A DNA stretch of 64,000 bases from an uncultured bacterium. GTDB taxonomy: Bacteria; Patescibacteriota; Patescibacteriia; Magasanikbacterales; GWA2-37-8. The stretch spans positions 189,805 through 253,804 of the forward strand of contig CALCZC010000007.1 of the NCBI GenBank assembly GCA_937903605.1, written 5' to 3'. Shown here in pieces: positions 56,736 to 64,000 of this stretch (its first letter is position 1; each line of letters starts with the position of its first letter). The translations under genes and the position numbers were made by a program. The notes beneath the pieces were generated by a model. The model was not told the DNA's origin and ran no database searches. It worked only from the letters and a program-made list of their open reading frames with translations.

Positions 56736-58655
56736 ATGGACGAACAACATTTGCAAAAAAAAGAAGAGATTGTTGAAAACAATCCGGAAAAAATCGTTGA
56801 AGAAAAAACAAAAAAATGTTTTTTACATTCAGCTTGGTTGCCGCTAATTTTTTGGCTTGTTTTTGCCGGAGTTTTTTATTTTTTCGCTTATGATCTGGCC
56901 ACTATCAAATTTTCCGATATTACTGACAAACGTGTTATCTCTATTTTTAGCAAATACAGTATTTATGCAGGTTTAATTTTTGGTCTTTTATCCATGCTTG
57001 GAGGTTATCTGATTTATGCGATTTTACGCAAAACTAAGCTAAAAAATAATACTTTTATCTATCCACTTTTAACCGCTTTGATGGCTTTGCCTTGGTATTT
57101 ATTTGCCAGACAGCTGGTTTATTTTGAAAATAGATATACTGACATTGCTCGCGGTGTTATCAATTATATCGGTTACCCTCTACTTTCTACGGCCAAATTT
57201 ATCTTTGCTTTGACTTTGATTTGGCTTATCGTTTTGATAATAAAACTTTTGGTTAAAAAAGGTTTAAATAAAAAAGTTACTACTGTGGCGATTATTTTGC
57301 TCTCCCCTATGTTTCTTAACGGCTGTATCGGAGATATAAATGAATGGGCGTGCAGTTTTTTTGACGATCCTGATCATTGTTATCAAAATGCCGGCGTTCA
57401 AGAAGGCGATACCGATACTTGCGCTAAAATTAAAGGTGAAGGTTTTAACGGTTCAAATCCGCCACGAGATAAATGTTATTTGCGAATTGCGGAAAATACC
57501 GGTGATTTGAGCGCTTGCGATAAAATCCAAGGTGGTCTTTATTCATATACTAAAGAAGAATGTATTTTGGGCGCCTCGGTAAAATTCAAAAATCCAGAAG
57601 GTTGTTTGATGCTATCCGGCGCTGATAAAAAAAGTTGTGTTTCTCAAGTTGGTCCTTATTTATTACCGGGTAGTGTCTTGGAAATAGATGATCAGATAAA
57701 TATACTCAAAGAAGAGTTGAAAAACAATCCTGACGCGGAACTGCAAAAACAATTGGACGGTTTGGAAAAAAAGAGAAACGACTATTTGGGTGTGATGGAT
57801 GATAAAAACAAAAAAGATTACGAATCATTATCCGATCCCATGAATAAAAAAGTGGCGATGGATTATTATAGCGGGAGAATTGATCAAAAAACCAAAGATG
57901 CCTTAACCGCCTTAAACGATAGCCTGCGAGGAAAAGGAGAAAAGCTCAGCGACCAAGAATATAAATCGCTAAGTGAAATGTTGGCTTACAAAAATGATCC
58001 AAAAAATGACATTGAAAATATGGACCCCTCGGAAATAGTAAAATTGCGTTGGAATGAAAAATTTGGCAATGCTGTTGATAGTTTGAAATTTTGGAATAGT
58101 AATCCAACCGAAGCGGAAAAAAAATATGATGAACAATTGCTTTTTTATCAAAGAATGTTAGAAAGACAAGCGGCTATAGAAAAAGGCCTCAGTCAAAAGC
58201 AACAGGATTTTGGGCGTGAAGCTGATAGAGTTACAGGTTACATCAAAGACCAAATCTATGACAAAATAATGGACGAAGCCAAGAAAGAAGCTTTTGGCGA
58301 ACTGCTTGATTTAGTGGATTCTCCTGCTTCCGCTCCGGTAACCGCAATTTTGGGCGAAGCTATAGATACAGTCAAAAAAGAGGCTCAATCAGCTGAATTT
58401 CGTGGTTTAGTCCGAGCTTACAATAAAGGCATGGAGGAAGAATTGCGTAAGTTTAGCGGCAATGTAGACAAAGCTCATGCAGCCGTTACTGCCAACTTGC
58501 AAAAAGACCCTTACATGTATGAGGACAAAAATACTTTTGCCAAATACGGTAATATCTTGGAAAACAAAGATTGCGACGGGAGCAATCCGCATTGTATTCA
58601 ACGAGATGTTTTTTGGAAGGCGATGAAAAAATCCTACACCTATCAAAATAAATAA
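56736..58655 (+). CDS. Membrane protein with Cys-rich extracytoplasmic segment and long helical C-terminal region
   Basis: Four to five N-terminal TM helices; at least 10 Cys in a roughly 150-aa segment. Confidence 0.55.
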   Translation: MDEQHLQKKEEIVENNPEKIVEEKTKKCFLHSAWLPLIFWLVFAGVFYFFAYDLATIKFSDITDKRVISIFSKYSIYAGLIFGLLSMLGGYLIYAILRKTKLKNNTFIYPLLTALMALPWYLFARQLVYFENRYTDIARGVINYIGYPLLSTAKFIFALTLIWLIVLIIKLLVKKGLNKKVTTVAIILLSPMFLNGCIGDINEWACSFFDDPDHCYQNAGVQEGDTDTCAKIKGEGFNGSNPPRDKCYLRIAENTGDLSACDKIQGGLYSYTKEECILGASVKFKNPEGCLMLSGADKKSCVSQVGPYLLPGSVLEIDDQINILKEELKNNPDAELQKQLDGLEKKRNDYLGVMDDKNKKDYESLSDPMNKKVAMDYYSGRIDQKTKDALTALNDSLRGKGEKLSDQEYKSLSEMLAYKNDPKNDIENMDPSEIVKLRWNEKFGNAVDSLKFWNSNPTEAEKKYDEQLLFYQRMLERQAAIEKGLSQKQQDFGREADRVTGYIKDQIYDKIMDEAKKEAFGELLDLVDSPASAPVTAILGEAIDTVKKEAQSAEFRGLVRAYNKGMEEELRKFSGNVDKAHAAVTANLQKDPYMYEDKNTFAKYGNILENKDCDGSNPHCIQRDVFWKAMKKSYTYQNK

Positions 58656-58658
58656 AAC

Positions 58659-59381
58659 ATGTTAGAAAAAAACCCAGAAAAACAAAATAAAAAAAGTTGG
58701 CGTGACCGTATTTTGATTACCGTCCGTTTATTGTTATTAATCTCTTTGCTTTTAAACTTATTTTTTGTCGGTTTTGAAATATTTTTAGACGGCGATGTTT
58801 CCAAAACAGAAGTTTTTGAAGAACTTTACAAAAGATTGGAGCTGGGTTTTTGGACCTTGATAACCCTGCTTTTAACTTTCGTACCTGGTTATATTCGCAA
58901 GCACCAAAAACTAAATATCCCGGAAATTTTGGAAATAACTATTGTTTTGTTTGTTTATGCGGGAATGTTTTTCAGTGTTCGCTTTGATATGTATTATCGT
59001 TTTTGGTGGTGGGATGATTTATTGCACACTTTGGCCGGAATTATTATCGGTTTTGTCAGTTTTATTTTCATGTATAAAATAAATCTCCACTATAAATTAA
59101 ATATTCGTCCTGGTTTTTTGGCTTTTTTAGCTTTTACCATAGCGGTTACCGCCGGGGTACTTTGGGAAATACTTGAATTTACATCAGATGTCCTGTTTAA
59201 AACCGCCCATCAAAAATGGAATTTGCCGGATACGGAAATAATGATTGGCAAACCATATCAGGGTAGCGGATTGCGAGATACTATGTCTGATCTGATAGTT
59301 AACGGTTTTGGCGCTTTCTTTACTTCACTGTTCTGTTATTTCCTTTACAAAAAAGAGACAAAAGAAAATTTAATTCCTTAA
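58659..59381 (+). CDS. Hypothetical multi-pass membrane protein
   Basis: Five or six TM helices. Confidence 0.5.
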   Translation: MLEKNPEKQNKKSWRDRILITVRLLLLISLLLNLFFVGFEIFLDGDVSKTEVFEELYKRLELGFWTLITLLLTFVPGYIRKHQKLNIPEILEITIVLFVYAGMFFSVRFDMYYRFWWWDDLLHTLAGIIIGFVSFIFMYKINLHYKLNIRPGFLAFLAFTIAVTAGVLWEILEFTSDVLFKTAHQKWNLPDTEIMIGKPYQGSGLRDTMSDLIVNGFGAFFTSLFCYFLYKKETKENLIP

Positions 59382-59405
59382 TTTTGATATTTAATTTAAT
59401 AAATT

Positions 59406-60146
59406 ATGAACACACTTTTTTTAATTGTTCTTTCGTGTCTAGCCATTACTCTTTGTGTTTGGATAGCTCTCTTTTTACTTTATCTAAAAAAAGAAACCTT
59501 AAATAAAATAACTCTTTTTTTAGTAGCTCTTTCCGCCGGCGCGCTTATTGGCGGAGCATTTTTACATCTTTTACCCGAAGCCGCCCACGAGCTCGATGCT
59601 GAGTTGATTTTTTTGATCACCCTTTTATCTTTTGTTTTCTTTTTTCTTTTGGAAAAAACCCTATTTTGGCGTCACTGTCATAAAGGCGAATGTCCAGTAC
59701 ACACTTTTGGTTATATGAATCTAGTTGGAGATTCTTTGCATAACTTTATTGACGGTTTGGTAATTGCCAGTACTTTTCTGATAGACATTCGTTTGGGTTT
59801 GGTTACTACTGCCATCATTGCCCTGCATGAAATACCGCAGGAAATTGGTGATTTTGGCGTATTGCTTCATGCCGGTTTTGAAAAAAGAAAAGCCCTGCTT
59901 GTGAATTTTCTAGTAGCCTTAACCGTGCTTTTGGGTGGAATAGTTGGTTATTTTATTTCTTTTAAACTAGAAAATATTATTCCTTATCTTCTGCCTTTCG
60001 CCGCCGGGGGGTTTATCTATATTGCCTCTTCGGATTTGATGCCGGAAATTCGCAAAGAAACAAATCTCAAAAAATCCATGCTTTCTTTTGTTGTTTTTAT
60101 TTTTGGTGTAATATTAATGTACACCGCTACTTTATTTGAACACTAA
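59406..60146 (+). CDS. zupT: ZIP-family metal transporter (ZupT-like)
   Basis: HNFIDGLVIASTF and HEIPQEIGDFGVLL signature motifs. Confidence 0.75.
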   Translation: MNTLFLIVLSCLAITLCVWIALFLLYLKKETLNKITLFLVALSAGALIGGAFLHLLPEAAHELDAELIFLITLLSFVFFFLLEKTLFWRHCHKGECPVHTFGYMNLVGDSLHNFIDGLVIASTFLIDIRLGLVTTAIIALHEIPQEIGDFGVLLHAGFEKRKALLVNFLVALTVLLGGIVGYFISFKLENIIPYLLPFAAGGFIYIASSDLMPEIRKETNLKKSMLSFVVFIFGVILMYTATLFEH

Positions 60147-60150
60147 ACAT

Positions 60151-60378
60151 ATGGAAGATCTGCAATTAGGTATTTATCAACATTTTAAAGGTAATTTATA
60201 CGAAGTTATCGCTGTCGGTAAAGACAGTGATACTCTGGAAGACCTGGTAGTTTATAAAGCGCTTTACGATTCCGCGGAATTTGGCAAAAATGCCATTTGG
60301 ATAAGGCCAAAAGAAAAATTTTGCGAGGAAATAATAGTTGACGGCAAAAAAATTCCAAGGTTTAAATTTGTAAAATAA
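60151..60378 (+). CDS. DUF1653 family protein
   Basis: YQHFKGNLYEV...VVYKALYD...WIRP pattern. Confidence 0.55.
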   Translation: MEDLQLGIYQHFKGNLYEVIAVGKDSDTLEDLVVYKALYDSAEFGKNAIWIRPKEKFCEEIIVDGKKIPRFKFVK

Positions 60379-60449
60379 TTTTTAAAAAACACCCTTTAGG
60401 GTGTTTTTCCTTATTATTTACAAGCTTACCGACTTACTAGCTTACCAGC

Positions 60450-60944
60450 TTATCTGCTTTTAATTTTTTCCATCCACAATCTTTGTGCCGCACAAACAGC
60501 CACTGCCAAGGCATCGGCAGCATCATCGGATCTGATTTTTTGTTTTAACCCCAAAACAGTAGCGGTCATTTTTTGTATCTGTTTTTTTTCCGCTTTGCCA
60601 TAGCCGGTAATCGCTTGTTTTACTTGCAAAGGAGTAAACTCATAAATTTCCATTTTATTTTCAATCCCGGCAAGCAGTATCGCTCCTCTGGCTTGCCCAA
60701 CATCCATCGCGGTTTTGGCATTTTTGAAAAAAAATAATTTTTCCACTCCCATAACTTCTGGTTTGTATTTTTTACTAAGAGCATCAACTTTTTCTTTAAT
60801 TTCCATCAAACGACAAACAAAAGATTTCTTTGAATCAGTATTTAGACAACCATAAACAAGCGCTTTCCATTGACCACTTTGTTTTTTTTCTATCACTCCA
60901 TAACCCATCCGGCCATAGCCGGGATCTATTCCGAGAATTTTCAT
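60450..60944 (-). CDS. ruvC: Crossover junction endodeoxyribonuclease RuvC
   Basis: MKILGIDPGYGRMGYGVIE N-terminal signature. Confidence 0.85.
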   Translation of the reverse strand: MKILGIDPGYGRMGYGVIEKKQSGQWKALVYGCLNTDSKKSFVCRLMEIKEKVDALSKKYKPEVMGVEKLFFFKNAKTAMDVGQARGAILLAGIENKMEIYEFTPLQVKQAITGYGKAEKKQIQKMTATVLGLKQKIRSDDAADALAVAVCAAQRLWMEKIKSR

Positions 60945-61084
60945 AACTTTTTATTTGCTGTTTATTTTTATACTTTTTCAAAAATTATTCTATCTTTTGT
61001 GTTTTTGTATCCTGTAGCATGTATTAAGTATTATGTATGTGACAAGACCGCATAATACATACTACATAATACATTCTACACAGT

Positions 61085-61816
61085 TTACTTCGCGTTAGTA
61101 AAATAATCCTCCACATCTTCTCTTTCTTCTAACTCTCCGAATAAATTTTGCAATTTATCAACATTTTCTTCCGGAATTTCCACTTTTTCTTTAGCCACCC
61201 ATTCAATTCCCGATTTATTTGGTTCTAGATTCATTTCTTTTATTTTACCTAGAACTTTTTGTAAATCTTCTATTTTGGTCAGCACTTCTATTTCGTCTTC
61301 CTCAACTTTAATATCTTGCGCACCAACTTCTATCAAACTCATTTCAAAATCATCTTGAGAAATATTTTTGTTTTTTAACTCTTCTGCTGTTAGTCTTATA
61401 ACCCCGATTTGTTCGAACATCCAAGCTACACTACCCGGGCCGGCCATACTACCACCGCTTTTGGTTAAAATGTGTTTAATTTCCGAAACAGTGCGGTTTT
61501 TGTTATCTGTAACCGCTTTGATAAGCACAGCCACTCCGCCAGGACCAAAGGCTTCATAAAGCGCTTCTTCTAAAACGATTCCGTCATTGAGTTCTCCCGT
61601 TCCTTTTTTAATCGCTTTATCAATATTATCTTTTGGCATACTCACACTTTTGGCTTTATCTATCGCAATCCGAAGAGAAAAGTTTTTATCCGGATCTCCG
61701 CCACCTTTAGCGGCAATGGTAATTAATTTTGAATATTTGGAAAACATAGCACTACGCAGTGCATCTTGTTTGCCTTTTCGGCCTTGAATATTGTGCCATT
61801 TAGAGTGACCAGACAT
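61085..61816 (-). CDS. yebC: YebC/PmpR family transcriptional regulator
   Basis: MSGHSKWHNIQGRKGKQDA N-terminal signature; upstream of ruvC as is typical. Confidence 0.85.
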   Translation of the reverse strand: MSGHSKWHNIQGRKGKQDALRSAMFSKYSKLITIAAKGGGDPDKNFSLRIAIDKAKSVSMPKDNIDKAIKKGTGELNDGIVLEEALYEAFGPGGVAVLIKAVTDNKNRTVSEIKHILTKSGGSMAGPGSVAWMFEQIGVIRLTAEELKNKNISQDDFEMSLIEVGAQDIKVEEDEIEVLTKIEDLQKVLGKIKEMNLEPNKSGIEWVAKEKVEIPEENVDKLQNLFGELEEREDVEDYFTNAK

Positions 61817-61944
61817 ATAAATTACAAGATTTAAAGATTGAAAGATTTAAAGATTAACTATCTTTATTTTACCAACAAATCTTTTAAAAAGCAACTAAAA
61901 AAGCCCGTTTGAGACGGACTTTTTTAGGCTTAATTAAGCAAAAA

Positions 61945-64000
61945 TTATTTCTTAAACCCCGTACCAGCCGGAATCAGGCGACCAATGATAACATTTTCTT
62001 TGAGACCTTCCAAATAATCAATTTTACCGGTAATCGCGGTATTGATAAGTACACGCGCGGTTTCTTGGAACGATGCGGCGGAAAGGAAGCTTTGAGTAGA
62101 AAGAGAGACTCTAGTAATACCCAATAACAACTCTCGTCCTGCGGCTTCTTTGCCTCCGTCTTTTTTGGTTTGATTATTACAAAATTCCAAATGTGCTTTT
62201 TCTACAACCTCGCCAGGTAGTAATTCAGAATCTCCGGCATCTTCCACATAAACACGACTAAACATTTGGCGAATAATAACTTCCATGTGTTTATCATTAA
62301 CTTTCTGACCCTGAGAAGAATATATATTTTGCACTTCTTCCAAAATATATTTTTGAACTGCCGGACGTCCGCGAAGTTCAAACAATTCTTGTAAATTGAT
62401 AGAACCGTCAGTTAACTGATCGCCTTTTTTTACTTCATCTCCATCTTTTACATACAATTTATAACCTAGCGGAACAATATACTCGCGGATCTTCGGTCCA
62501 TTGTAAGAAAGAAAAATTTTATTTTTTTCAATTTTTACTTGACCGCCATATTTGGCTTTTATTTCTTCACCCGATGATCCTCGAACAACCAAAACAGTAT
62601 CCTGTTCTACCATCTCATCGTTTTTAACCATTACTTCATCTTCGCTACCAACACTAATTTTCATTTCATCCATTCCTTCAAAGTGAACTTTAACTATTTT
62701 TTGTCCACGACGACCTTCAAAAATTTTCTTACCGGTGGCGGAAGTTATAATTTTTCCATCTGCGTCTTCTATTTCTACTTTTCCTTCTACATCAGTCAAA
62801 AGTGCCTGATGTTTAGGAGAGCGTACTTCAAAGATTTCTTCGATACGAGGCAAACCTTGAGTAATGTCGCTTCCCGCCACACCGCCGGTATGGAAAGTAC
62901 GAAGTGTCAATTGAGTGCCAGGCTCACCGATAGATTGAGCAGCAATAATTCCAACAGAAGCTCCAAGCTCCGCGGGTTTATTATAAGACAAATCATAACC
63001 ATAGCATTTCTGACAAACTCCTTTTGGACATTTACATTTGAAAACCGAACGTACATGGATAGATTCAACTTTATTTTTTTCTATTTCGCGAGCAGCTTTT
63101 TCATCGACAACCTCACCGGCTTTTACTATAACTTTATTACCTGATTTTACATCTTCTACCACATAACGACCGACAACTCTGTCTGCCAATTTCTCGCCCA
63201 TCTCTGCTGATTGAGCTGTTGTAAACACTTCCCCCTCTTTGGCACCACAATCTTCTTCCAAAACTACAACATCTTGTGCTACATCCACCAAACGACGAGT
63301 CAAATAACCAGCACCAGCAGTACGCAAAGCGGTATCAGATAAACCTTTACGAGTACCGTGGGAAGAAATGAAAAATTCCAAAGAATCAAAACCTTCTTTA
63401 AAGTTACCTTTAACTGGAAGCTCAATAATATCGCCAGATGGAGAAGCCACCAAACCTTTCATACCAATAACCTGACCGAGTTGTCCCCAAGAACCACGAG
63501 CACCAGATTCGATCATGGCGTAAACTGGACCAACCTTGTTAAGCATCTCTTTATTATTGGCAATAATTTTATCTTTGGCTTCAGTCCAAATTTCCAAAAT
63601 TTTAGCGTGCTTTTCTCCTTGAGTGAGCAAACCTTCGTTGCGTAAATTTTCTACTTCACGAACTTTCGCATCACATTCTTTTATCAAAGCAGCTTTGGCT
63701 TCAATTTTTGGAAAGTCATTCATACTTAAGGAATAACCTGATTTAGTACCATATTTAAAACCAAGATTTTTTAAATCATCCAAAAAAGCAGCTGTTTTTT
63801 CTTGACCATAAATTTCCAAATAGGAAGAGATAACATTGCCGAGTTTCTTGACGGTAATAACATCATTGATGAAAGAAATTTCTTCTGGTAAAACCTGATT
63901 GAAAATAATACGTCCAATCGAGGTTTCAATACGCGGATTAGTCCCTTCAGGAAATTTTTTCAAATCTGTAAAACGAACTCTGATTTTTTCATGTAAAGTA
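61945..64000 (-). CDS. rpoC: DNA-directed RNA polymerase subunit beta' (C-terminal part; 5' end lies beyond the window)
   Basis: C-terminal ...LKENVIIGRLIPAGTGF; internal GYDLS/NADFDGD-region-like segments. Confidence 0.8.
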   Translation of the reverse strand, partial: TLHEKIRVRFTDLKKFPEGTNPRIETSIGRIIFNQVLPEEISFINDVITVKKLGNVISSYLEIYGQEKTAAFLDDLKNLGFKYGTKSGYSLSMNDFPKIEAKAALIKECDAKVREVENLRNEGLLTQGEKHAKILEIWTEAKDKIIANNKEMLNKVGPVYAMIESGARGSWGQLGQVIGMKGLVASPSGDIIELPVKGNFKEGFDSLEFFISSHGTRKGLSDTALRTAGAGYLTRRLVDVAQDVVVLEEDCGAKEGEVFTTAQSAEMGEKLADRVVGRYVVEDVKSGNKVIVKAGEVVDEKAAREIEKNKVESIHVRSVFKCKCPKGVCQKCYGYDLSYNKPAELGASVGIIAAQSIGEPGTQLTLRTFHTGGVAGSDITQGLPRIEEIFEVRSPKHQALLTDVEGKVEIEDADGKIITSATGKKIFEGRRGQKIVKVHFEGMDEMKISVGSEDEVMVKNDEMVEQDTVLVVRGSSGEEIKAKYGGQVKIEKNKIFLSYNGPKIREYIVPLGYKLYVKDGDEVKKGDQLTDGSINLQELFELRGRPAVQKYILEEVQNIYSSQGQKVNDKHMEVIIRQMFSRVYVEDAGDSELLPGEVVEKAHLEFCNNQTKKDGGKEAAGRELLLGITRVSLSTQSFLSAASFQETARVLINTAITGKIDYLEGLKENVIIGRLIPAGTGFKK

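Overview
This is an AT-rich (roughly 35% GC) bacterial chromosomal window. The compact genes, the cell-wall-associated surface proteins and a 3031-aa surface protein suggest a Patescibacteria/CPR-like genome; this is an inference. Long ORFs are intact under the standard genetic code. Housekeeping genes identified: rpmF-nusB-rnc, tgt, rlmH-trpS, rplA, a thymidylate-synthesis cluster (dCMP deaminase, P-loop kinase, CYTH protein, dut, thyA, folA, tmk), gatB, ruvA, a Nif3-like gene, epmA-epmB, ileS, rpiB-rpe, trxB, a PfkB kinase, a DJ-1/PfpI gene, a SpoU methyltransferase, a ZIP transporter, ruvC-yebC, and the 3' end of rpoC. Two tRNAs were found by hand: Lys-CTT and Arg-TCG. The most unusual content falls into three groups. 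First, a roughly 15-kb cell-surface locus (2757-17798) contains a 3031-aa beta-helix giant protein, a divergent pair of paralogous secreted proteins whose C-termini resemble the Firmicute WxL motif, a DufA-like C-terminally anchored partner, and a dockerin protein followed by two cohesin-like anchored proteins. Second, each tRNA is followed by a conserved structured module about 130 bp long. It begins with the reverse complement of that tRNA's T-arm and ends with a copy of its 3' end; the minus strand carries a cUUCGg tetraloop and CCUCC motifs. Third, there are several dispersed non-coding repeat families: GC hairpins with 3-nt loops, a roughly 60-bp element bounded by inverted repeats, GGGTTAGGGTG tandem arrays, and a promoter-proximal AATCTTGCAATCTTTAAATCTT motif. 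Other points: a T-box-like leader with its own TTGACA-17-TATTAT promoter upstream of ileS, an unassigned GC-rich island of about 175 nt, and a 38-aa lysine-rich peptide ORF that the ORF track missed.
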